DNA of 64,000 nt, from the NCBI GenBank assembly GCA_963733195.1, contig CAVTCR010000070.1:49056-113055 (forward strand). Direction: 5' to 3'. Positions 1-9,271 of the stretch are shown here, piece by piece; within the stretch, counting starts at the first letter, position 1, and the number at the start of each line of letters is the position of its first letter. The position numbers and the translations under genes were made by a program. This DNA is from an uncultured delta proteobacterium (GTDB lineage Bacteria > Desulfobacterota > Binatia > Bin18). The notes under the pieces were generated by a model. It saw only the letters and a program-made list of their open reading frames with translations. It was not told where the DNA came from and searched no databases.

Positions 1-1582
1 CACCATCGGTGAGGATAATCATATGCTTCCGTGTGGCTGGTTGTCGTTCCAATTGTCGCTTCGCTTCTTCAAGGGCGGGTAACAAGAATGTCCCTCCAGA
101 GGGTTTGAGTCGCTCTAATCGGCTATCTACGTCGCCTCGCACAGCTCCCATCTGTTGAACCGGAATTACCGGGAATGGTTCGGTATCAAAGCCAATGACG
201 CCAAAAAAATCCCGATCCTTTAGGTTTCGCGCAACCGCACGGACACCTTCTTTGGCATAGAGTAATTTTGATTCCCGACGCATACTGCCTGAGGTGTCAA
301 TGACCAGGACTACTACTGTCGTGTGCTCTTCTTTCTGTGGTGGGGTAACGGTGACAGGTAAAATCTCTTCGATCTCAGAGCCCTTGTAGCCACCGAGACC
401 CAGGCTTTCTTCTCCACCGACCATGATGAGTCCACCGCCTTGGCGGACGTAGGTATCAAGTCCTGAAAGTAATGAGTCGGGTAGCTTGTTTCTGGCGACG
501 TTATTGAGAATGACTGTTCGAAACGACGACAACGACGGGATCGATGCGGGTAGATCGATAGCCGTTGTCCCTAGCCCGTGATTAGCAAGCACGCGTGCCA
601 GATAGCGATTGTCTTGTGTTCGTGCGCTGACGAGCAAAATCTCTTTCTCCTTGGCAGAGACGTGAATCCAGGCCGTCGCTTGATTATCCGGTCGAAGCGA
701 ATCTTCCGCTGATTCACTCGGAGTGAAAACTGCGCGTAAGGGAATCAGCCCATCATTTGTCTCGGGAAACGCAATGGGATGAGTAAAAACTGAGGCTCCA
801 GGAGCGAGTGTTATCGGTTGTTGCCAGACAACTCGATCTTTCTCTGTCACTTTGAGTTCGCCACGTACAGCGCGGGAATTGGTATTCTCCAATGCGATAC
901 GCGCTCGGACCGTTTCCCCACCAGTCGCGGATTGTGGTACACCAAACCGTTGAATGGCGATGTTCGGGACCGTCGCAGGAGGTGGCGGAAGAAAGGGATA
1001 GATTCTTAATTGTCGTTCCTTCAGCAGCGGGAACAATGATCTTGTATCTGTCTCGGGTGTGTCGCTCTTTTCTGTTGAGCTAGAGGCATTTTCGCTGACT
1101 TCCCAACCATCGGTAAACAGATAGACATGGCGATTTTGCGTTTCATCCAACAGCGCGGTGAGTGCATGTTTCAGGCTGGTGGCATTCAGTTGTAACTCTT
1201 CCGGCGGCTTTGTGAGCAACGCCTTTGCCGCACGCCAGTCAACCTGTTTCGCAGTTCCAGCAAAGATCACTGTTGGTGTGTCAGACTCTGGGCGCAATTG
1301 TTGCTCAACGGTTTCTTGTATCCATTGTCGTTGTGGATCAGTTAAACTGCGGGAAAGGTCGATGACAAGAAGCGGGATACTTGCTGCACCTGGGCGCAGA
1401 GTATGGAGTCCGGCGACAGCAAGAATCAATAGAGCTAAGACGAGTGAATGTAACAACAAACTGAGAAACAACGGCAAGCGACGAAACGCGCGCCATTGCC
1501 AGAGCCAGAACAACGGCAAGAGCAAAAAAAGCGAGAGCAGGTGAGGTTGGCTAAAATCGTAGGGAGGCAGTGAAGAGAGCAT
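1..1582 (-). CDS. VWA domain membrane protein with glutamine-amidotransferase-like domain (partial, runs off window)
   Basis: Manual translation from ATG at 1582: N-terminal hydrophobic segments (LSLFLLLPLFWLWQW...), VIDLSRS, YVRQGGGLIMVGGEESLGLGGY, then MIDAS-type LVIDTSGSM...GGT...IILTDG. Absent from the ORF track because no stop lies in the window. Confidence 0.8.
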   Translation of the reverse strand, partial: MLSSLPPYDFSQPHLLSLFLLLPLFWLWQWRAFRRLPLFLSLLLHSLVLALLILAVAGLHTLRPGAASIPLLVIDLSRSLTDPQRQWIQETVEQQLRPESDTPTVIFAGTAKQVDWRAAKALLTKPPEELQLNATSLKHALTALLDETQNRHVYLFTDGWEVSENASSSTEKSDTPETDTRSLFPLLKERQLRIYPFLPPPPATVPNIAIQRFGVPQSATGGETVRARIALENTNSRAVRGELKVTEKDRVVWQQPITLAPGASVFTHPIAFPETNDGLIPLRAVFTPSESAEDSLRPDNQATAWIHVSAKEKEILLVSARTQDNRYLARVLANHGLGTTAIDLPASIPSLSSFRTVILNNVARNKLPDSLLSGLDTYVRQGGGLIMVGGEESLGLGGYKGSEIEEILPVTVTPPQKEEHTTVVVLVIDTSGSMRRESKLLYAKEGVRAVARNLKDRDFFGVIGFDTEPFPVIPVQQMGAVRGDVDSRLERLKPSGGTFLLPALEEAKRQLERQPATRKHMIILTDG

Positions 1583-1681
1583 GAGGCAATCTGTCCGTCA
1601 GCCAAGTACAAATTCAAAAGGCAGCGCACTGCGCTGCCCTTGATCTTACGATGGACGCGGACAGAGAGGAAGCATCCGTGG

Positions 1682-2785
1682 TTAGTTTGCCAGGTTATAC
1701 AACTCGGCGACGTTATCGTGAAGAATGTAGTTTTTCTCTTGCTCGGTGAGATGTGCGGTATGTTTCTGCAACAACTCTTGCGAGTACGGCCAGGTTGAGT
1801 CGCTGTGAGGAAAGTCATTCGCCCACATCAGGCGACGCACGTTGCACATGTCTTTCATTCTGAACGCCACCCAGTCATCCTGGAAGGTCAAATAGATATG
1901 CTCACGGAAGTATTCGCTCGGCATTTTGGAGAGCTTTCCTGCGGTGAGCCAGTAGCGATGGCGATCGTACGCATGATCCATGCGGTACATGTAATGCGGT
2001 GCCCAGCCAGCATCGGCTTCGACACAGACGATTTTCAGTTTGGGATGACGCTCGAAGACGCCGCTGAGAATGAAAGTGCCCATGATGTCCTGGCAGCCGC
2101 GGATAATAGATAGGAACCCATTCATCTTTGGTCCGCGCGGTGGTGCTCCGACCACATCTCCCTTACTGGTAAGGATGTGGAAGCTAAGGGGCATCTGCAT
2201 ATCGATGGCTGCTTCAAAGAAGGGGCCATACATCGGATCATCGTAATCGGCGACTTGCGGGTTGCCGGGCATCATGACGCCACGCAGTCCCAGCGCCTTC
2301 ATTTTGCGCAGATCTTCAATGCCTTCGTCTACCGATCGCATCGCGGTTTGTCCGAGACCGATCAGACGCTCTGGATTGGAAGAAGCATACTCAGCGATCC
2401 ACAGATTGTAGGCATCAAAGCAGGCTTTTTTATAGTCGAAATCAGGATGGTTGCAGAGCAACATGCCGACGGTGGGATAGAGAATCTCTGCGGCGACGCC
2501 GTCGCGATCCTGGTCAGCGAGGCGGGCCTTAGGGTCCCAGCCGCCACGGTGCAGTTCTTCAAATTTGGCACCAAAGGTTTGTAGCTCTTCGGCTTTTTTC
2601 CCGGCTGCAGCAACCAAGCCCATTGGGATCGGTTGATTGAGACCATCGATGATAAAGAGGTCACCTTTCTTTTCATCACGAACGATATGTGGGGCGGTGT
2701 CTTTGTATTTGTGGTCGATACGATCCACGTATGTCCCCGGTGGCTCGGTAATGTGTGAGTCCGAAGAAATGATCGGCTTCAACAT
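1682..2785 (-). CDS. Amidohydrolase family protein (Amidohydro_2-like)
   Basis: ISSDSH metal motif, SFHI, WANDFPHSD; GAGG RBS upstream. Confidence 0.9.
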   Translation of the reverse strand: MLKPIISSDSHITEPPGTYVDRIDHKYKDTAPHIVRDEKKGDLFIIDGLNQPIPMGLVAAAGKKAEELQTFGAKFEELHRGGWDPKARLADQDRDGVAAEILYPTVGMLLCNHPDFDYKKACFDAYNLWIAEYASSNPERLIGLGQTAMRSVDEGIEDLRKMKALGLRGVMMPGNPQVADYDDPMYGPFFEAAIDMQMPLSFHILTSKGDVVGAPPRGPKMNGFLSIIRGCQDIMGTFILSGVFERHPKLKIVCVEADAGWAPHYMYRMDHAYDRHRYWLTAGKLSKMPSEYFREHIYLTFQDDWVAFRMKDMCNVRRLMWANDFPHSDSTWPYSQELLQKHTAHLTEQEKNYILHDNVAELYNLAN

Positions 2786-2956
2786 GCAATCCTCCTGTGT
2801 CGCGTCTGAATTTTTGAGTACGCGCGTTCTCTTAATTGTATAGCTGTGATTTGTTGTGGGGTGAAGAGGGCGACCCGCTCAACTCAGTCGGGCTTTTTAC
2901 TTCCGAAGAGTTCTCATCAGTAAACAGCGAGATGAATCGACGCAAAGAGCCGTTCA

Positions 2957-3378
2957 TTAAGGCTTTTGCGAAGGTTCCACCTGTTCAACAAATTCCTCAG
3001 GATTAAGAACTCTGACCTCCGTTTGTCGGAAGTGCTTTTTGTTCCGAGTGACGATAGTCTCAACGTTTGCTGTCTTTGCGGCTTCGAGTTGCAGAGCATC
3101 TTCAAAATCGGGGAGAGTCGTTGTATATGCCGTCTCGAGCGCTTCCTCAGTCAGAGACACAACAGCAAAGCCCTGAAGGATCCCCTGCACGGCCTGACGC
3201 GCCGCTTTTTCTCCTCGGGTTCTGCGGCGAAAATAGTACAGAATGGGAGGAGTCAACGCAGACACGTACCCACTGGCCTGTCTATTCTTCACACAGTTGA
3301 GGACTGCCAAGCTCGCCTCCCAGCCCTGCCTTTGGCGAAAGACATCCTCGAATATGTTAATGTCCACGAGAATTTCAT
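2957..3378 (-). CDS. PIN domain (VapC-like) toxin
   Basis: ILVDINIF...DFEDALQ...IVTRNKKHF. The probable start ATG at 3378 overlaps the upstream TGA and needs one extra A (ATGAAATT to MKILVD), likely a homopolymer error. Confidence 0.8.
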
Positions 3379-3632
3379 TTGTTGGCAAAGCGGGCAGCAA
3401 TGATGTCACGTCGCTCTCTTTTTTCTTCGGCAAGACTTAACGGAGGATCGCTCCCTACCAGGTTCAACAATTGCGGATCAACGCGGATATGAGGATATTT
3501 GCGCTGAAAGGCGGCTCGTACTGAAGCGGGTTTTGGCTTTTGTAAAGCTGCCGCTTTTCGTTCGACGAGAGACAAGCGGCGTTTGAGTTCTTGAATTTCT
3601 TTGAGGATATTTTCCTGACGCTCAGTCTTCAT
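3375..3632 (-). CDS. Small protein upstream of PIN gene, putative antitoxin
   Basis: About 85 aa, GGAG RBS before MKTERQ, ATGA coupling with the PIN gene. Confidence 0.6.
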   Translation of the reverse strand: MKTERQENILKEIQELKRRLSLVERKAAALQKPKPASVRAAFQRKYPHIRVDPQLLNLVGSDPPLSLAEEKRERRDIIAARFANK

Positions 3633-3685
3633 CGCATGCTCCAAATCTCTCTTTCTTTCGAGAAATGATCCCATGACCCAATCAC

Positions 3686-5383
3686 TTAATGACTCAATTC
3701 TTCAATCAGCGCCTTCGTCTCTTGCAAATCTTTCGTCTCGAACCCCTCAGTAAACCAGTTGTAGACCTCGGACAACAGCTTGTGAGCTTTGGTCCGCTTC
3801 CCTTGTTGTTGCCAGAGACGTGCGAGGCTCGCGGTGGCACGGAGTTCCCAAGATTTAGCTTGTTGCTTCTGGGCGATGTCGATCGCTTTGAGGAAGCAGA
3901 CTTCGGCCTCGGATTGGGTTTTGGGATTTAGGATCGGGGGTCTAGAATCTGAAATTTTTGATTTCTGACTTTTACCCTTTGACCATTCGACTACGCTCAC
4001 CTGTGCCTGCGGCACTGGCGCAGGCAGGATAAACTCCGGCAACGAAGCAATCTCTGTTTCAGGCAAAGATTGCTTCACTACACTCGCAATAACTTGCTCC
4101 TTTGAGTTTTTGGATAGTCCGTAAGTTCTATTCCGACGCCCCAAAGCAAGCTCCAGCTTTTCCAGCTTCTCTTCAGGACTATCGCTATTCTGGAATCCGA
4201 GCCTGTACTGCATGTGTTCAATCACCGGATACAGAGCACTGTTTTGGTGATACGGCGAATAGTGCAATTCCAGGCAGCTCGTACGCTCTTGCGTGAGAGA
4301 TTCTTTGAGCGCCTCGACCAGCCGTGATTTGCCAATGCCTGGCTCGCCGCTGAGCAGTACGACTTGCCCTGCACCATCTTTTACCTGTGTCCAGCGCTCT
4401 TGTAAGAGTCCGTACTCATGTTCGCGCCCGACCAGCGGCGTGAGCCCTTTGCGTGCGATGACCTGAAACCGACTGTGAGCTTCGCCCTCTTTGACTACAC
4501 GATAGAGCGTCAGCGGGGTCGAGATCCCTTTCAGTTCTGGACTGCCCCGGTCTTCGCACTCAATCAACCCTTCGACCAGGCGATACGTGGTTGTGCTGAT
4601 CACTACTTCATCGGGATTGGCCATTCCTTGCACCCGAGCGGCGATGTTCGGCGTCTCGCCCAGTGCGAGCTGCTCATGACGGCTGCCTCCGCCGATCTCT
4701 CCAATCACGACTAACCCGGTATGAATGCCGATGCGAACTTGCAAGAGTGGTGTAAGCGCGGGGTCTGTAGGGGCACGGCGCCGCCTTGCCCCTACGGTGG
4801 CCTGTATCTGATCGTTCAGGCGTGGCAATTCTGCGAAGATCTCTAACCCCGTTCGCACCGCCCGTCGCGCGTCATCTTCATGCGCAACTGGGTAACCGAA
4901 GTACACCAACAATCCATCGCCCAGATACTGCGCAAGGTAACCCTCATGCCGCTGGATGACCTGGGCACAAGTTTGCTGATACCGTTGCACGACGGTCCGG
5001 TAGTCTTCGGGATCAAGTTGTGTTGACAGCGCTGTTGAGCCCACTAGATCACAGAACATTACCGTGAGTTGGCGGCGTTCGGCGGCTGGGGACTGGGTGT
5101 TAGGTGTTGGGTGTTGGGGACTGAGAACTGACAACTGAGAACTGACGACTTCCTTTTCGCCTTTTGCCCCTTTCCCCTTTTCGCCCTCTTCTGCCGTCCC
5201 CACCAAAACCAGTACCTTGCCGTTTTCATCAGTAGCAAGGCGCTTGGCGTCGATGAGTTCGTCTTTCAGGGCGTCGAGTACGTCATCGTTCAGATTGAAT
5301 TCGAGCTTGAGGGCACGGTAGGAGACGCGCCCCTCGCGCTGAAGCCAAGCCATCGTTTGCGCTACGACTTGTGAAAATTTCAT
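3686..5383 (-). CDS. Class III adenylate/guanylate cyclase-AAA (STAND) protein, internally deleted relative to the paralog at 51603
   Basis: TVMFCDLVGST, YLGDG, NIAAR, Walker A GEPGIGKS and C-terminal AKSWELRA helix; Walker B and most TPRs are missing. Confidence 0.85.
   Translation of the reverse strand: MKFSQVVAQTMAWLQREGRVSYRALKLEFNLNDDVLDALKDELIDAKRLATDENGKVLVLVGTAEEGEKGKGAKGEKEVVSSQLSVLSPQHPTPNTQSPAAERRQLTVMFCDLVGSTALSTQLDPEDYRTVVQRYQQTCAQVIQRHEGYLAQYLGDGLLVYFGYPVAHEDDARRAVRTGLEIFAELPRLNDQIQATVGARRRRAPTDPALTPLLQVRIGIHTGLVVIGEIGGGSRHEQLALGETPNIAARVQGMANPDEVVISTTTYRLVEGLIECEDRGSPELKGISTPLTLYRVVKEGEAHSRFQVIARKGLTPLVGREHEYGLLQERWTQVKDGAGQVVLLSGEPGIGKSRLVEALKESLTQERTSCLELHYSPYHQNSALYPVIEHMQYRLGFQNSDSPEEKLEKLELALGRRNRTYGLSKNSKEQVIASVVKQSLPETEIASLPEFILPAPVPQAQVSVVEWSKGKSQKSKISDSRPPILNPKTQSEAEVCFLKAIDIAQKQQAKSWELRATASLARLWQQQGKRTKAHKLLSEVYNWFTEGFETKDLQETKALIEELSH
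3981..4093. repeat. Nested palindromic repeat composite inside the cyclase CDS
   Basis: GAAGCAATCT...AGATTGCTTC...CTCGCAAT family arm, plus a TTCGACTACGCTCA-GGATAAACT element carrying a 27-bp insert at 4000-4026. Confidence 0.75.
4767..4795. repeat. GTAG-type REP palindrome inside the cyclase CDS (degenerate sister at 5432-5460)
   Basis: GTAGGGGCACGGCGCCGCCTTGCCCCTAC, translated as VGARRRRAPT. Confidence 0.7.
5087..5187. repeat. Heptamer/octamer tandem repeats encoding the cyclase N-terminal linker
   Basis: GGGGACT/GGGTGTT/AGGTGTT/GAGAACT/GACAACT units followed by CCTTTTCG-like octamers. Confidence 0.7.
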
Positions 5384-5478
5384 GACTGCTCTCAGTCTGC
5401 GGAAGTTGTTCCACCCTGAGATGTGTTCTCGGTAGGAACATAGTGCCGCCGTGCCCCTACCAAATTGAAACTGCGCGA

Positions 5479-6387
5479 CTATCGAAACGCGGCGAACAAT
5501 TCCTCGAAGGCAACCATTTGATTACCATGGGCTGATGAGGGCACAAGAATGAGCGTGTTTACGCCAGCGTCGTACCACGCTTCGATTCCTTCGCGTACCT
5601 CTTTTGCCGAGCCATACAAAGTGACTTGCGACAACCAGCGGTCAGACAACAGTTGCGGAATTTTCTCTTCTTCTTTGTTGGCGATGGCTTTACGAACGGC
5701 CATCATCTCTTCTTCAAAGCCGGCTTCGATCCAGTACTGTTGATAATTGGGCAGGCGTACGTAACTAGAGAGTGTACGACGATTTACCGCTGCCGCGGCT
5801 GCTTTGTCATCGTCAATGCAGGTCGGCACCATATTGCCAATCATAAATTTGGAATTGTTGCGTTTCTCTGCTGGCAAGGCAGTAATGGAATCGGCCATGT
5901 GTGAACGTGCGGCGTTGGCCCACAAGGCACCCTGTGCGATTTCACCAGCCAGACGAACCATAGGTTTACGAAGTGTTGCCAGCACGATTGGCGGCAACAT
6001 GTCGATATTAGGTACACTCTTTTTCACTTCGCCGATGAAGTTGCGAATATCGCCAAGCGGTTTTCCTGCCTGGAGTCCAAGCCGTTGGTGAATCGGTCCG
6101 TGACTGACGCCAATGCCAAATTGAAACCGGCCACCTGATAACTCATGAATAAACGACGCCGTCTGCGCATAATCAAATGGATGGCGCGTATAAATGTTGG
6201 TGATAGCTGTGCCGAACGGAATCTCTTTCGTCGTTTGCGCCAATAACGCACACCACGTCATGTTATCGATAACGCTAGGGCAATAGATACCGCTGAATCC
6301 GGCACGTTCAACTTGTTGCGCGAGTTCGATGGTTACTCTCCGCCGTCCAGGCATGGGAGCGACACTTACGGCAGGTTTCTTGGTCAT
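5479..6387 (-). CDS. Luciferase-like (LLM class) flavin-dependent oxidoreductase
   Basis: FGTAITNIYTRHP, SGGRFQFGIGVSH; start placed at MTKKP after AAGGAG. Confidence 0.85.
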   Translation of the reverse strand: MTKKPAVSVAPMPGRRRVTIELAQQVERAGFSGIYCPSVIDNMTWCALLAQTTKEIPFGTAITNIYTRHPFDYAQTASFIHELSGGRFQFGIGVSHGPIHQRLGLQAGKPLGDIRNFIGEVKKSVPNIDMLPPIVLATLRKPMVRLAGEIAQGALWANAARSHMADSITALPAEKRNNSKFMIGNMVPTCIDDDKAAAAAVNRRTLSSYVRLPNYQQYWIEAGFEEEMMAVRKAIANKEEEKIPQLLSDRWLSQVTLYGSAKEVREGIEAWYDAGVNTLILVPSSAHGNQMVAFEELFAAFR

Positions 6388-6494
6388 GTGGGTCTCCTTA
6401 CTCATCAAAAAGGCGGTCTTTATTCGAGGCGGGGTCCAGCGGGATTCTGTACAAAACTTTTCCTGGGAGCGGAAGGTCTGGCAAGACAATGTCC

Positions 6495-7853
6495 TTATTG
6501 AGATCTAGTGGTGGAGTCCCGCCTGGTGAGTGGTCCCAGGGTCTCCTCCAATCGGTTGTTCTTGAGCTTAGGAGACTGAGAGGGTGCCACCAATCTGTCT
6601 TTTGCTTTCCCTTGTCCCTTCGTCAAATTTCGGCGTTCCTTTCCGCTAGGGTCACGTTTAGTTACAGGAACTGGAGGGGCTAACTCCAGAGCGGGTGGTC
6701 GGTTCTCAACCAAAGAGAACGAAATAGGAGTTGCCTCTATACCTGGGGCTGCCTGTGCAACCATATTATTATTGCGAAAAAGGTGGGTGAGATTTGGAAG
6801 TATAGTGCTCCAGCCGTTTGTGATTCCGTGTTGAGAGGAGAACAAGAGAAGTGTGGCCGCAACCGCACCAACGCTAGCTGCCCAGAGCTTCTGTGAGTTC
6901 GGTAGTAGGACTGCACGTTGGGGGGGGATCGGTGGGCGTGTAAGCTGTATGCGCGCAACTGGGCGGTTCATCATTGGCAGCGTACGAAACTCACCTATAA
7001 CCTCTAACATCAAAGGGCCTGAAATTGGCTTTTGTCGTCGTGTAGCTCCTGTCCGTAAAGCAGCATTTGCAAGGGTATTGAGGTACTGTGGGTTTCCTTT
7101 TCCGTGACGGGCCAAGAGACGAAGAGCTTCAACCGAAAATATGGGAGATGTAGAACGTGACCCATGTTTTGCTCGTAGCCGCGCGAGGAGGTAGACAAAA
7201 CTCTCTTCGAATGACAGTGACGTGAGCTCACCATGTACGGCGATTCGCTGCTTGAGTAGCTGCAATTGCGGCATTTCGAGTTTAAGCGAAAGTGTGGCAT
7301 TGCCGACGAAGATCGTCTGTAAGAGTTTCCCTTCCGGGGTTTCGAGTAGAGACAGCCAGTGAAAATCCTCTATTGCTTTGACTGGCAAATGATGAGCCTT
7401 GTCAATCACAAGGACAACCGCACCCCCCTGTTGGGTTTGATTAGTAAGCAGTGCCTCATAGAGTGCGCGCATAAGCGGCGCAATCTCCTCTAAGGGTGCT
7501 ATAGGATGAGCCGGTTTTTCCGGTGTTGTAGAGGCATTCGGGAGAGGGTTCTGCTGTTCTACTGTTCTGCCTAGCTCACAAATCACCGTTTTGAGTAGCA
7601 TCGGGAAAGATAATTTCTCGGACGACACCGATATCACTTTTAACTTTTGTGCGGCCAAGCCATCCAAAACGGCGCGAACAAAGGTTGTTTTGCCGCTTCC
7701 TTCCTCGCCAGTCAGTACCAACATTCCTTGTCGCTCGACAAGGGCACGACGAAATAGTGTGGCAAGATCCTGGCGTTTTGCTGTCCAGAACATCGATAAC
7801 GAATCTGTATCTCCAAAAGGGGTTTGGCGGAGGCCAAAGAAGTTAAGATTCAT
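6495..7853 (-). CDS. ExeA/GspA-like AAA ATPase with C-terminal membrane anchor
   Basis: FFGLRQTPF, Walker A GEEGSGKT, QLKQRI-like segment, GNPQYLN, hydrophobic segment near residue 330. Confidence 0.75.
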   Translation of the reverse strand: MNLNFFGLRQTPFGDTDSLSMFWTAKRQDLATLFRRALVERQGMLVLTGEEGSGKTTFVRAVLDGLAAQKLKVISVSSEKLSFPMLLKTVICELGRTVEQQNPLPNASTTPEKPAHPIAPLEEIAPLMRALYEALLTNQTQQGGAVVLVIDKAHHLPVKAIEDFHWLSLLETPEGKLLQTIFVGNATLSLKLEMPQLQLLKQRIAVHGELTSLSFEESFVYLLARLRAKHGSRSTSPIFSVEALRLLARHGKGNPQYLNTLANAALRTGATRRQKPISGPLMLEVIGEFRTLPMMNRPVARIQLTRPPIPPQRAVLLPNSQKLWAASVGAVAATLLLFSSQHGITNGWSTILPNLTHLFRNNNMVAQAAPGIEATPISFSLVENRPPALELAPPVPVTKRDPSGKERRNLTKGQGKAKDRLVAPSQSPKLKNNRLEETLGPLTRRDSTTRSQ

Positions 7854-7897
7854 GATCGGGTACCACCTCTCGGCGTGACTCTCGTCTATAAGCAAAG

Positions 7898-9100
7898 TCA
7901 CAAACTTGGTTCGGTTTGGCGTCCTCTCAACTCGGGAGCAGCAAGGGCTTGGGTTGCCTGTTCTACTGTGAGGCGAGCAAATACTAGCGTCCCGATCATC
8001 CCTACCGCAGCGCCAAAGACAAAAAGAAAACGGAGTCCAAAGAATTCTGCTAACGTTCCTGCCAGTACTGGTCCTAACATCATACCAACACTCATTGCCA
8101 TATTCAGCACCCCCATAACCGAGGCCATGCCACTACTCTGTCCTTCATCTGCAGCCAGCGCAGTAAGCGCGGGCATCGCCACTGCCCCCAACGCTCCGGT
8201 AAGCGTGCCAATAAGAAGGAGATGCACAAATCCTTGTGCATAACACACAGTCAGAAACGCGATCGACCCTAGATAACCACCGAGAGAGACCAAGAAACGG
8301 CGACTCATGCGGTCGGCCCAGCGGCCAGCCGGAACCTGTACGAGAGAGCTAACCAACATGTGGACGGCAATTACGGTCCCAATCTGTGATTTGCTCAGCG
8401 AGAGAACCTCAGATGCCAGCAGGGGAAGAAACGAGAACCACAGTCCCATTTGAATCGAGTTGACCATACGGTACAGTGCTAATCCTTTTACTTTTGGCCG
8501 TTGCAAAAGTTCACGATACGACATTGGCTGTGCCTTGGTTTGTGCATCACTATGCGACTCTGGGAGGAAAAAAAGTACCGCGAAAAATGCAAGAACAGTG
8601 AGCCCACCCATCCAGTAGAAGCTCGCAGCCATCCCGTAACGATCGCTGATCCAGCCTCCAGCCAGAGGTCCCATGCCAAAACTACTAGTGAGAAATAAGT
8701 TAAAAATCCCCATGTATTTCCCACGTTGTTGTGGTGGAACTAAGTCGCCGACATACGCTGTGGCGATGGGCAGTACCAAGGCCATAAGGCCACCTTGAAT
8801 GAAACGCCCGACAATCAGATAGCCGATCGTCGGCGCGTACACGTACCACAGTGAGAGTATGCTGCTCAGGAGCAATCCAATAGCGATGAACCACTTACGT
8901 CCATATTGATCTGACCAGCGACTAATAAGTGGCATGAAGAGCATCTGCGCCAGCGGAAAGCTGGCAAAGAATACGCCGATGGTGATGGCGGTCGCCCCGA
9001 GCGTCTTGGCATAGATCGGCATGAAGGGGATAACAATGCCAATCCCTAGCATGCCGGTAAACACGGCAAAGTTCAGAATGTAAAACGCTTGGTAATTCAC
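7898..9100 (-). CDS. MFS transporter (TetA/DHA1-like)
   Basis: About 12 TM helices; WSDQYGRK and WADRMSRR loop motifs; GPLAGG. Confidence 0.9.
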   Translation of the reverse strand: MNYQAFYILNFAVFTGMLGIGIVIPFMPIYAKTLGATAITIGVFFASFPLAQMLFMPLISRWSDQYGRKWFIAIGLLLSSILSLWYVYAPTIGYLIVGRFIQGGLMALVLPIATAYVGDLVPPQQRGKYMGIFNLFLTSSFGMGPLAGGWISDRYGMAASFYWMGGLTVLAFFAVLFFLPESHSDAQTKAQPMSYRELLQRPKVKGLALYRMVNSIQMGLWFSFLPLLASEVLSLSKSQIGTVIAVHMLVSSLVQVPAGRWADRMSRRFLVSLGGYLGSIAFLTVCYAQGFVHLLLIGTLTGALGAVAMPALTALAADEGQSSGMASVMGVLNMAMSVGMMLGPVLAGTLAEFFGLRFLFVFGAAVGMIGTLVFARLTVEQATQALAAPELRGRQTEPSL

Positions 9101-9271
9101 AATATTTTTATGCTAATCCAGAAGCTACCTACTATACAAGAGAAAAAGAGGCTTGTCGCTGAGCTTCCCAGGCGTGTGCGATTTCTGCTAGATAAGGAGG
9201 GCAAAGCAATTCGCGAAAATTTGAGACAATTGGCCACGCACGCGTGACGCTATTACAGGGAGGACGATCTC

